Shown here: positions 10,039-17,712 of the stretch, one piece after another | Layout of the letters: the number at the start of each line of letters is the position of its first letter | How positions within the stretch are numbered: position 1 is the stretch's first letter | From: a virus | Lineage: Duplodnaviria; Heunggongvirae; Uroviricota; Caudoviricetes | DNA: 64,000 bases | Reading direction: 5' to 3' (one strand) | IMG/VR virus record: IMGVR_UViG_3300009500_000011 | Span: 104,585 to 168,584 of that record | Notes under the pieces: model-generated | Told to the model about the DNA's origin: nothing | Seen by the model: only the letters and a program-made list of their open reading frames with translations | Databases searched by the model: none | Program-made: the position numbers and the translations under genes

Positions 10039-10110
10039 AATTATACCCTTTATGTATCAATTCTGGTTATATAATAAGAATATGCAATTGATACAAAATG
10101 AGAGTCAAAT

Positions 10111-10644
10111 ATGTTAAGACAATTAGAAGATTTAGATGAATTTTTTAAACTAAAATCTGCCGATGCTGATATTTATGCCGAACATGTTGCTGCCGAACTA
10201 TTTCGGTTTCAAACTGCTGTAAGAGCAGGAATAGAAACTGTTTTAGAAACTGCTAAACCGCACCATAATGGTATGAGTCGGGCTGTTAAAATTTTAGCTT
10301 TATGTTCGAGTATGGAAATTATACAGGCTCTTAGAAGATATTTTGCTAAAAAATCTTCTGAGGAAAGAGATACAAATATCAAAATTTTGATTCGTTCAAT
10401 TTTGGAGAATCATTCTATTGATATTTACTCAAAAATTGATATACTTCAAAATTATATTGGCAATCCAAGATTTGAACAATCTATAGATATTAAACATGAA
10501 ATAATTGATGCTTTATGTATCCTTAAATATCAATTAGATGATATAATTGAAGAAATTAAGCAATTATTGTTTAAATATTACTCAGATAAAGATGTTCGCG
10601 AGATATCTAAAAAAACTGTTGCAAAATTATTTTCATCTGATTAA
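10111..10644 (+). CDS. hypothetical protein
   Basis: Intact ORF; no motif recognised. Confidence 0.45.
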   Translation: MLRQLEDLDEFFKLKSADADIYAEHVAAELFRFQTAVRAGIETVLETAKPHHNGMSRAVKILALCSSMEIIQALRRYFAKKSSEERDTNIKILIRSILENHSIDIYSKIDILQNYIGNPRFEQSIDIKHEIIDALCILKYQLDDIIEEIKQLLFKYYSDKDVREISKKTVAKLFSSD

Positions 10645-10647
10645 ATG

Positions 10648-10676
10648 TTGACAATATTTAACTTTTATGGTATTAT
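10648..10676 (+). promoter_or_regulatory. sigma70-type promoter
   Basis: TTGACA-17 nt-TATTAT upstream of the AdoMetDC gene. Confidence 0.55.
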
Positions 10677-10714
10677 AATAATTTGTTCGTCTTCTTAAAG
10701 GATTTTATGTTAAA

Positions 10715-11146
10715 TTGGAAGCTTTTGGAACTCATGTGATTCTTGAATTATCACAATGCGTAAATATACATTCATTTGATTCTAACGAAACGCTTGAAGT
10801 GATGATGTTGGAATCTGTGCAAAAAGGAAATTTAAGTCCTTTGCTAATAAAGACTCATAAATTTGACCCTCAAGGCATTAGCTCTGTAGCTATTTTGCAA
10901 GAAAGTCATTTAAGTTGTCATTTATTTCCTGAGATAGGATATGCTTCAATGGATGTTTATACCTGTGGAGAACAAAATAGAGTGGGTGCATATCTTGCTG
11001 CATCTAATTTTGCTTTTTGTATAGGTGCAAAAGAAATAACTATTTTAGGCTTAAAAAGAGGTATTCCCTTTACTAAAGGTTATACCTATAGAATAGATAC
11101 AGAATCATATAATTTATTTTATGATGATTTCTTAGGGAAAATATAA
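10715..11146 (+). CDS. S-adenosylmethionine decarboxylase proenzyme (small prokaryotic class)
   Basis: TTG start. GTHVILEL..C, self-cleavage-type ES motif in LQESHLSCHLFPE, and MDVYTCG. These match the AdoMetDC pattern ESH..iHT.PE...a.D.ftCG. Confidence 0.8.
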   Translation: MEAFGTHVILELSQCVNIHSFDSNETLEVMMLESVQKGNLSPLLIKTHKFDPQGISSVAILQESHLSCHLFPEIGYASMDVYTCGEQNRVGAYLAASNFAFCIGAKEITILGLKRGIPFTKGYTYRIDTESYNLFYDDFLGKI

Positions 11147-11659
11147 ATGGATTTTTTAGTTGGCGATATATTAGTTTTAAAACAAGATGCTCTTGACCTT
11201 GAAGATAAAACTGGCAAAACAATTTTATATCCCGCAGGTTCCGAAGCTGAAATTATACAAATAAAAAATGAAAATGAATATCATCTGCAATTTCCAGATG
11301 CCAAAATATGGCCTCATGACTTGGCAACTTTATTGATTTTCTTTAATCGTAAAAAAGATGGTAAAAATGTTTATACTCGCCAGGTTTCAGAGTATGGTAC
11401 GCCACCAAAAGAGCTTGCTTTTTATATACCTAGAGAAGTTGATTGGCGTAAAAACTATAGGTATACTGTCAGAATTGAAGCAGAAGATTGTGGCTTTAAA
11501 AAATTGATTTGTCCTAGTTGTTTCAATGACCTGGGAGAAAATGGCGAACCAGATAATGAAGGTTTGCAAAAATGTCAAAAATGTGGTACAATGGTTCTCC
11601 CGATAGACCCATTAACATTCAAGTATCCACATGATGACGGAAATGAACACACAACTTAA
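11147..11659 (+). CDS. hypothetical protein with C-terminal zinc ribbon
   Basis: CPSC...CQKCG pair of CxxC motifs. Confidence 0.45.
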   Translation: MDFLVGDILVLKQDALDLEDKTGKTILYPAGSEAEIIQIKNENEYHLQFPDAKIWPHDLATLLIFFNRKKDGKNVYTRQVSEYGTPPKELAFYIPREVDWRKNYRYTVRIEAEDCGFKKLICPSCFNDLGENGEPDNEGLQKCQKCGTMVLPIDPLTFKYPHDDGNEHTT

Positions 11660-12935
11660 GAGTAATTCTCAAAAATTCTTAGAAGCAGCAAATTGGGCTC
11701 TTGTAAAAGAACGCTTTGGCGAAGATACAGGAGTTAATATTCGTCGCGCTTCTATAGATAATGTGCAAAATATTACGCTTTTCAATGGTTCAAAAGGTTT
11801 ACTTTTTGATGGATATTCGTTTCCTGAACAAGAACATCTTAAAGGCTTGATTGTTCACGAAGTATTAGGAAGCGCACATTCGGTTATAGCGGCATGTTTT
11901 CCTAAATTCTATAACTATGGCGAACCTGCTGAAAAACAAAAGCATCTTGAATACTTAAATGACGATTCTATGAGTGTGTTATTTGCTAAGAAAGAGGATG
12001 GAGTAAATATTCGTCCTTATTTCAATGCTGCAACAAATAGAGTTGAATTTGCTACGCGCGGAACCTTGCTTGTTGTTTCTGATATTGAAGAAACGTCTAA
12101 TCTTGATTATGGCGCAATGGCTCGTTCAATTGCAGAAGAAAAATATCCAATTCTTTTGGATGAGGAATTTGTAAAGAAATACTCTTGTATTTTTGAAATG
12201 ATTCATCCTGATTCCAAAATTCTTACGGATTATGGACAAAGAAAAGACCTTATTCTTCTGTCAGTATTTGATTTAGAAAATAACTGCTATGAATTTTCGC
12301 GTGAATGGGTAGCATCTTGGGCAAATATAATTGGGTTAAATTATGTTGAATATTGGTTTGACCAATATGCGCCTGTTTCTGAATTTTCTTCTTTAGTTGA
12401 AAAACTACTTAAAAAATGGAACGAAACGGATGTAGAAGGTTCTGTTGTTATATTTGTAAACTCTGAAGCAGAACCTGTATATCGTCTTAAAGTTAAAAAT
12501 GCTTATTATTTACAAATGCTTCGACTTGCAAAATTTTGCACTTTGAAGAATTTAGTCTCAATCATGGAAGAAAATAACTTTTCAAATTGGGAACAACTTC
12601 GTGCATATTTGTACGAAAGCCCTTCAATGAATGAAGAATTAGAAATGGCATATAAGGCTCATTTTGATGTATATGAAAATTGGTTAGCAAATCTTGAAAT
12701 CGAAAAACAAAATGTTTTAAAAGAATATCAAGAATTACCTTCTTTCGAATTACAAAAAGATTTTGCTTTATACATCTTAAAAGATGGCGCTTATCCATAC
12801 AATCCGCTATTCTTTGCTATTCGCAAATGGTTAGCAGAAGCCAAAAATCCTAATTTAGAACAATTCTTTGAAGAAAATGTTAAAGCAACAGTAATGTTGA
12901 AGAAAATCTATCCACTATCGGAAGTAGAGGAATAA
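11631..12935 (+). CDS. ATP-dependent RNA ligase (Rnl1-like)
   Basis: Covalent nucleotidyltransferase motifs: motif I KKEDGVN (T4 Rnl1 has KEDG), FEMIHP, motif IV-like VEGSVVIF, motif V-like RLKVKNAYY. Confidence 0.7.
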   Translation: MMTEMNTQLKSNSQKFLEAANWALVKERFGEDTGVNIRRASIDNVQNITLFNGSKGLLFDGYSFPEQEHLKGLIVHEVLGSAHSVIAACFPKFYNYGEPAEKQKHLEYLNDDSMSVLFAKKEDGVNIRPYFNAATNRVEFATRGTLLVVSDIEETSNLDYGAMARSIAEEKYPILLDEEFVKKYSCIFEMIHPDSKILTDYGQRKDLILLSVFDLENNCYEFSREWVASWANIIGLNYVEYWFDQYAPVSEFSSLVEKLLKKWNETDVEGSVVIFVNSEAEPVYRLKVKNAYYLQMLRLAKFCTLKNLVSIMEENNFSNWEQLRAYLYESPSMNEELEMAYKAHFDVYENWLANLEIEKQNVLKEYQELPSFELQKDFALYILKDGAYPYNPLFFAIRKWLAEAKNPNLEQFFEENVKATVMLKKIYPLSEVEE

Positions 12936-12936
12936 C

Positions 12937-13443
12937 ATGGGTTTATTTGATTATGTAATTTGTGATTATCCTTTACCTGATTCATATAAAGGGAGTATTA
13001 AGTTTACAACTAAAGACTTAAATTCTTTTATGAATACTTTTACTATTACTGAATCAGGTCAACTTTTAGAACACAAATTTCATTTTGAAGAAGTTCCTGA
13101 AGAAGAACGTCCTAAATTTAATACACCCGAATGGAATTCTGATAACGAAACAATTAAAACTTGGACACGCTTAATGGGTTCAAAGATTCAAGTATTTGAT
13201 GGCTTGGAACCCTACCTTTACACAGGTGCTGTTTGTTTTTACGGTTCAAATTTAGATAGTTGTAATTCGGATGGATATTATACTACAGAAAATGATGAAC
13301 CTTATGAATACAAAGAATACATTGCTTTGTTTAAAAATGGTATGTTAATTAACATTATTGAAAATAATGAAAAAGACAATGAATTTTTTACTCCAGAATG
13401 TTTTTTAACACAAAAACAGTATAAAGAAAAATATAATGAATGA
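12937..13443 (+). CDS. hypothetical protein
   Basis: Intact ORF between the RNA ligase and the Thg1-like gene. Confidence 0.45.
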   Translation: MGLFDYVICDYPLPDSYKGSIKFTTKDLNSFMNTFTITESGQLLEHKFHFEEVPEEERPKFNTPEWNSDNETIKTWTRLMGSKIQVFDGLEPYLYTGAVCFYGSNLDSCNSDGYYTTENDEPYEYKEYIALFKNGMLINIIENNEKDNEFFTPECFLTQKQYKEKYNE

Positions 13444-14197
13444 CTCGCTTGGCGACCGAATGAAAACATATTATGAAGATGTGACGCGGCATTACTTGCC
13501 TCGGCGAACTCATACAATTATTCGGTTAGATGGAAAATCTTTTCATACGTATACAAAAAAATTAGCAAGACCATTTGATGCTGGTTTGATTGAAGATATG
13601 CAAAAAACCACAATTCGACTTTGTGAGAATATTCAGGGCGTTGTTCTTGGTTATACGCAATCTGATGAAATATCTCTTGTTTTATGTGATTATAAAGAAA
13701 AAGAAACTGAATCCTTTTTTAAAGGTAATATTCAAAAAATTTGTTCAGTATCTGCAAGTATGGCTACTGCATTCTTCAATGCTTTTAGACAAGCCCGTAA
13801 TTTTGAAGGTGGTCCAGCATTTTTTGATGCTAGAGTATTTACTATTCCAGAAAAGGTAGAAGTTCTTAATTATCTTATTTGGAGACAAAAAGATGCAACA
13901 AGAAATTCTATTCAAATGGCCGCACAATCTGTTTATTCTCATAAAGAACTTAATAAAAAGAAGTGGTCTGATTTAAATGAAATGCTTTTTCAGAAAGGTA
14001 TTAATTTTAATGATTATTCTTCTTCTGAAAAACGTGGTTCTTTAATTGTGAAAGAATATTTTGAAGGGGAAGCCTATGATAAGCGTAAGCAAGAAAATGT
14101 TATAGTTACTCGGTCGCGTTGGATTGTAGAACCTGAAACACCTCTTTTTACTGCTGAAGAAAATAGAGATTTATTTGAAAGGTATTTATATAAATAA
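13436..14197 (+). CDS. tRNA-His guanylyltransferase (Thg1)-like protein, 3'-5' nucleotidyltransferase
   Basis: LGDRMK.YE....., IIRLDGKSFHTYTK, GYTQSDEISLVL. These are the hallmark Thg1/TLP motifs. Confidence 0.85.
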   Translation: MNDSLGDRMKTYYEDVTRHYLPRRTHTIIRLDGKSFHTYTKKLARPFDAGLIEDMQKTTIRLCENIQGVVLGYTQSDEISLVLCDYKEKETESFFKGNIQKICSVSASMATAFFNAFRQARNFEGGPAFFDARVFTIPEKVEVLNYLIWRQKDATRNSIQMAAQSVYSHKELNKKKWSDLNEMLFQKGINFNDYSSSEKRGSLIVKEYFEGEAYDKRKQENVIVTRSRWIVEPETPLFTAEENRDLFERYLYK

Positions 14198-14282
14198 ATT
14201 TAGTTATTTTCTGACTTCTTTTCATGTCGAATCGCGTACTCTATTGACATGAAGAAATTTCTCGGAAATTTTCCCTACAAAA

Positions 14283-14321
14283 AAGCCAACCATTTGTAAT
14301 AATAATGGGTGGCTTTTTGTT
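14283..14321 (+). terminator. intrinsic terminator after the Thg1-like gene
   Basis: AGCCAACCAT...ATGGGTGGCT followed by TTTTT. Confidence 0.6.
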
Positions 14322-14349
14322 TGAAAAACACTATTTATGATGGAGAGCA

Positions 14350-15051
14350 ATGTATATGCCAAAAAAACAATCTTCTCAAACACCTAGAAGAATTCCAACC
14401 ATAAGAACGGTACAATTTGAAGCCCAAACAATAAATCAAGAGAAGTTTGTAAAAAATATAGAAAGAAATGTTGTTTCATTCGGAATAGGTATACCAGGTT
14501 CAGGAAAAACGTATTTAGCATTAGCAACTGCTCTTAAAGCATTAGTTGAACAAAAATGTGAACGAGTTGTAATAACTAGACCAATGGTTGAAGCAGGTCC
14601 TTCTATCGGATTCCAACCTGGAAATGAAGAAGAAAAACTTGGAGTATATTTAAAACATATTTATGATATGATATATAAATTACTACCAAAAGTTTTGGCA
14701 GATGATTTGCTTGATTCAGGAAAAATATCAATTGGTGCTATTACATTTATGAGAGGAATGAATTTTGAAAACTCATATGTAATAATAGATGAAGCCGAAA
14801 ACTTAGACAAAAAATCATTTTATTTGTTATTAACAAGAATTTGTGAAGGGTCTAAAATGATTTTTTGTGGTGATACTGGCCAGGTTGATTTAAAAAATCC
14901 TAGTGAAAGCGGATTAAATGATGCAGTTTTAAAATTTCAAGGTAAAGAAAATTTTAGTGTAACTGAATTTACTATTGAAGATTGTCGCAGAAGTAAAGTT
15001 GTTATGGAAGTTATTAAAGCATATTTCCCTAACTCAACCAAGACAAAGTAA
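14350..15051 (+). CDS. phoH: PhoH-like ATPase
   Basis: Walker A GIPGSGKTYLALA, Walker B IIDEAENL, GDTGQVDL motif. Confidence 0.9.
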   Translation: MYMPKKQSSQTPRRIPTIRTVQFEAQTINQEKFVKNIERNVVSFGIGIPGSGKTYLALATALKALVEQKCERVVITRPMVEAGPSIGFQPGNEEEKLGVYLKHIYDMIYKLLPKVLADDLLDSGKISIGAITFMRGMNFENSYVIIDEAENLDKKSFYLLLTRICEGSKMIFCGDTGQVDLKNPSESGLNDAVLKFQGKENFSVTEFTIEDCRRSKVVMEVIKAYFPNSTKTK

Positions 15052-15102
15052 AACAAATTGCGTACTTAATTATGCAAACTTATTTTATGAGGCTTTTTTA
15101 GT

Positions 15103-16095
15103 ATGTTGTTTTTTGCAAATAAAATTAAAAAAATTGCATCAACCCCTTTATGGGCAAATGTTGTAAATTTAGATGACGGCTCTGGTCCTGTACAAGGGTT
15201 TTGGGTTGATTCAAGTTTGGGTATGCCATTCTTTTTAAGAAAATCCGACCATGTGATTTGGTTGCCTAAAACTTTACGTGGCAAAAAAATTGATTCTTTA
15301 ACACCAGAAGAATTACAAAATGTTCCGAAAGAAGATTCTGGAAAAGTTCATTATAAAAATTGGAAAGCAAATTCAGATAAAAGAAATATTGCCGCAAAAT
15401 TATTTAATGGATATGCTTTTACGGACGCTGGAATTCAATTAGTTCAAGGATTAAAAAAATTAGCAGATAAATATGAATTAGATGATGTTACAAATGTTCG
15501 TCTTGAACGTCGTCTTTCCATCAATCCTGGTCTTTTTGATAGACTTTTACAATGTAATAATCTTCAAGATGTTCAACGTCTTGGGCGTCTTATAGTAAGA
15601 AAATTTGTTTTCATTATTAAAAATATGAGTTTAACTGAACCTAAAATTGCCAAAAGATTAGATGCTGATTTTATGTATCAATACAAAAAAATTGAACCTC
15701 TTTTTGATATTGACCCGCTATCTATAGATGTAGAACTTCCTGAAACATTTGAAGAAAATGAAATTCCAGACCCACGTTTAGACCATGTTAAAGTTTTAAT
15801 GCAAAATTGTGAAGCAGAAATAGAACCAATGATGGATAATGACCTTCAGCTTTCTGCACCTCTCACTTGGCTAAAAGATGCTTCTAAAGTGCTTAAAAAA
15901 GCTCAAGATATTCAATCTGAAAATATAATGGAAGAAGTAAAATTTTATCTTATTTCAATGATTTTTTCTCTTCAAAAATTAGCAAAGGTTGCTCCTGCTG
16001 ACCATCCTCTTGTAGGTAAAGTCGAGCAAATTTTGAATGCTAAAAGTCTAAGTGCCATTTTAATGGCACTTGCAAAGACTGACCCGCAAATGTAA
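15103..16095 (+). CDS. hypothetical protein
   Basis: 330-aa intact ORF; no motif recognised. Confidence 0.45.
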   Translation: MLFFANKIKKIASTPLWANVVNLDDGSGPVQGFWVDSSLGMPFFLRKSDHVIWLPKTLRGKKIDSLTPEELQNVPKEDSGKVHYKNWKANSDKRNIAAKLFNGYAFTDAGIQLVQGLKKLADKYELDDVTNVRLERRLSINPGLFDRLLQCNNLQDVQRLGRLIVRKFVFIIKNMSLTEPKIAKRLDADFMYQYKKIEPLFDIDPLSIDVELPETFEENEIPDPRLDHVKVLMQNCEAEIEPMMDNDLQLSAPLTWLKDASKVLKKAQDIQSENIMEEVKFYLISMIFSLQKLAKVAPADHPLVGKVEQILNAKSLSAILMALAKTDPQM

Positions 16096-16104
16096 TATAG
16101 AGTC

Positions 16105-16287
16105 ATGGAAGAAATAATTCGGGGTCGTTCTAATGAAGTTATTGGACGCCTCATCAAATCAAATGGCGAAACTAGTGTGTACGGTGACCGAGGTCAATAT
16201 CTTGGTTATGCTAACCAAAATGGAACTTTCGATGCTTCTGGGCGTCTTGTAAGCAATTCGGAATCTCCTACCCTACTTCTTCGGTAA
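16105..16287 (+). CDS. hypothetical small protein
   Basis: 60-aa ORF in the tiling. Confidence 0.35.
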   Translation: MEEIIRGRSNEVIGRLIKSNGETSVYGDRGQYLGYANQNGTFDASGRLVSNSESPTLLLR

Positions 16288-16302
16288 TAGTCGATAAAAT
16301 TG

Positions 16303-16331
16303 TTGACAAATCTATTTTAATAGACTATACT
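16303..16331 (+). promoter_or_regulatory. sigma70-type promoter
   Basis: TTGACA-17 nt-TATACT. Confidence 0.6.
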
Positions 16332-16337
16332 TTCAAT

Positions 16338-16467
16338 AGGACCCGTTGTAGGGACACCCGCCTGGGTATGACAGTCACTTGTCGTTTTGCCGGGCTGACC
16401 AAGAAATAGTGAACATTTTGCGGTCGTATTAAATAACCCCAGCGTGACTTATGTTCGCTGGGTTTTT
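16338..16467 (+). ncRNA. candidate ~130-nt sRNA bounded by a consensus promoter and terminator
   Basis: TTGACA-17-TATACT at 16303-16331. No ORF or RBS. Ends in CCCAGCG...CGCTGGG-TTTTT. Identity unknown. Confidence 0.45.
16437..16467 (+). terminator. intrinsic terminator of the candidate sRNA
   Basis: CCCAGCG...CGCTGGG followed by TTTTT. Confidence 0.6.
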
Positions 16468-16509
16468 AATTTGTTGGAAAACACTCTCAAAAATTTTTTT
16501 GAACGAATG

Positions 16510-16538
16510 TTGACAAAACTAAAAAAATGGCATATACT
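16510..16538 (+). promoter_or_regulatory. sigma70-type promoter
   Basis: TTGACA-17 nt-TATACT; fires into the CAT tRNA-like gene and the tRNA array. Confidence 0.6.
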
Positions 16539-16543
16539 ATAAA

Positions 16544-16618
16544 TGCGAGCGGGCGGTTTAGTATCGCGTGAGTCTCATAAGCTCATCAAACTGGCGCAAA
16601 TCCACGGCTACGCAACCA
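16544..16618 (+). tRNA. atypical tRNA-like gene, anticodon CAT, with its own promoter
   Basis: D arm GCGG/TCGC. Anticodon arm TGAGT-CTCATAA-GCTCA. 3' ACCA. However, the acceptor needs a bulged A and the T arm is only TGG-CGCAAAT-CCA. Confidence 0.4.
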
Positions 16619-16652
16619 ATTTTTTAAATATTGAGGGAAGGAGATAATCAAA

Positions 16653-16775
16653 ATGTTGAACATTGCTTGTATTAATGAATGCATCAATTATCAAGGTACG
16701 AACGATAATCAGTTCGATACCCAATTTTTTCCGATTATCTCAGACTTCAATTCCGCAAGGGCTGTACCGGCTTAA
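16653..16775 (+). CDS. candidate 40-aa small protein
   Basis: Not in the ORF track. Strong RBS GGAAGGAGA lies 7 nt upstream of the ATG. A hairpin terminator at 16803-16836 follows. Confidence 0.3.
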   Translation: MLNIACINECINYQGTNDNQFDTQFFPIISDFNSARAVPA

Positions 16776-16802
16776 TAAAACCGAAAAAGCCTAAAAAGAG
16801 TC

Positions 16803-16836
16803 AAGGACTGAGATAGTAAAAATCTCGGTCCTTTTT
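16803..16836 (+). terminator. intrinsic terminator
   Basis: AAGGACTGAGAT...ATCTCGGTCCTT followed by TTT. Confidence 0.6.
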
Positions 16837-16875
16837 GTTTAATAGAACTTTGAAAACTGAATAAGATTTATTTTT

Positions 16876-16950
16876 GGCTCTATAGTGTAGTGGTCTGCAT
16901 AAAAGCTTGTCACGCTTTAGGTCGGGGGTCGGAACCCCGTAGAGTCGCCA
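16876..16950 (+). tRNA. tRNA-Asp(GTC)
   Basis: Acceptor GGCTCTA/TAGAGTC, anticodon loop TTGTCAC. T arm CGGGG-GTCGGAA-CCCCG (non-canonical loop). Encoded CCA. Confidence 0.8.
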
Positions 16951-16951
16951 T

Positions 16952-17027
16952 CCCCTTGTCGCTTAATGGTCTAAAGCAACTTACTGATAATGAGTAGATG
17001 AAAGTTCGATTCTTTCCGAGGGGACCA
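16952..17027 (+). tRNA. tRNA-Ile(GAT)
   Basis: Acceptor CCCCTTG/CGAGGGG, anticodon loop CTGATAA, T arm GAAAG-TTCGATT-CTTTC, CCA. Confidence 0.85.
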
Positions 17028-17049
17028 AAATACATATAATTTGGAATAT

Positions 17050-17126
17050 GGCAACATAGCCAAGGGGATAAAGGCGAAGGTCTGCAAAACCTTCATGCGT
17101 TGGTTCGAATCCAACTGTTGCCTCCA
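17050..17126 (+). tRNA. tRNA-Cys(GCA)
   Basis: Acceptor GGCAACA/TGTTGCC, loop CTGCAAA, T arm GTTGG-TTCGAAT-CCAAC, CCA. Confidence 0.9.
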
Positions 17127-17137
17127 ATTTAATTTAT

Positions 17138-17224
17138 GGAAGTATCGCATAGCGGCGATTGCATCTGACTGTAAATCAGACGCGCGAAAGCGCCTCGGAG
17201 GTTCGAGTCCTTCTACTTCCACCA
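17138..17224 (+). tRNA. tRNA-Tyr(GTA), type II
   Basis: Acceptor GGAAGTA/TACTTCC, loop CTGTAAA. Variable arm GCGC-GAAA-GCGC. T arm GGAGG-TTCGAGT-CCTTC, CCA. Confidence 0.9.
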
Positions 17225-17235
17225 TTTTAATAATA

Positions 17236-17371
17236 TTTTGAGTTGCGCTAGAATAAAGTTACTTCGTCTGTAAAACGAGGAATCCGGGTTCGAGTCCCGG
17301 TCGGAATCTAACGATTTCGGTACTTTAATCGGTAAAATCCTAAACACTTTGTTCGCTACCTTCGCTCAAAA
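17236..17371 (+). ncRNA. Y-RNA-like / YrlA-like element with tRNA-mimic module, embedded in the tRNA array
   Basis: TTTTGAG/CTCAAAA terminal helix. TTGCG...AAAGT pairs with ACTTT-gtt-CGC, followed by TACCTTCG, the same 3' box as element B. TTACTTCGT box. Anticodon-like arm CTTCGT-CTGTAAA-ACGAGG. Perfect T arm CCGGG-TTCGAGT-CCCGG. Confidence 0.55.
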
Positions 17372-17399
17372 TATTTTAAAAACTTGTTGCCCATAGTAT

Positions 17400-17474
17400 G
17401 CCGAACTAGTATAATGGCTATTACATCTGTTTCGTAATCAGAGAATCTCAGTTCAATTCTGGGGTTCGGCCCCA
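17400..17474 (+). tRNA. tRNA-Thr(CGT)
   Basis: Acceptor GCCGAAC/GTTCGGC, loop TTCGTAA with a U-U at the loop-closing pair. T arm CTCAG-TTCAATT-CTGGG, CCA. Confidence 0.7.
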
Positions 17475-17485
17475 AAAAAATTTAT

Positions 17486-17562
17486 TCCTCTATAGCACAA
17501 TTGGTAGTTGCATCTGACTGTTAATCAGAGGGTTCCTGGTTCGACCCCAGGTAGAGGAGCCA
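17486..17562 (+). tRNA. tRNA-Asn(GTT)
   Basis: Acceptor TCCTCTA/TAGAGGA, loop CTGTTAA, T arm CCTGG-TTCGACC-CCAGG, G73, CCA. Confidence 0.9.
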
Positions 17563-17567
17563 ATTAT

Positions 17568-17641
17568 TCCTTCTTCGTTCAATGGTAGGACGTCTGGTTG
17601 TTACCCAGATAATCGCGGTTCAAGTCCGTGAGAAGGAGCCA
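17568..17641 (+). tRNA. tRNA-Asn(GTT), second copy
   Basis: Acceptor TCCTTCT/AGAAGGA, anticodon arm TCTGG-TTGTTAC-CCAGA, T arm CGCGG-TTCAAGT-CCGTG, CCA. Confidence 0.75.
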
Positions 17642-17712
17642 ATTTATTCAGTTCGAAAATTATTATAAATTCAAACTAACTTACATACTATACATTTCAG
17701 AGGTACAAAATA

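Noticed and set aside
14216-14256. Imperfect inverted repeat TTCTTttCATGTC...GACATGAAGAA after the Thg1-like gene
   Set aside because: It has a long 17-nt loop and a bulged stem, and it lies just upstream of a much better terminator. It is probably incidental or a minor secondary hairpin.
16971-17241. ORFs 16971..17225 (-) and 17041..17241 (+), and similar ORFs at 18700..18903, 22933..23175, 27219..27404, 27874..28086, 58064..58246, 60434..60734 and 62463..62657
   Set aside because: All are read-throughs of GC-rich tRNA genes. The tRNA cloverleaves explain the sequence.
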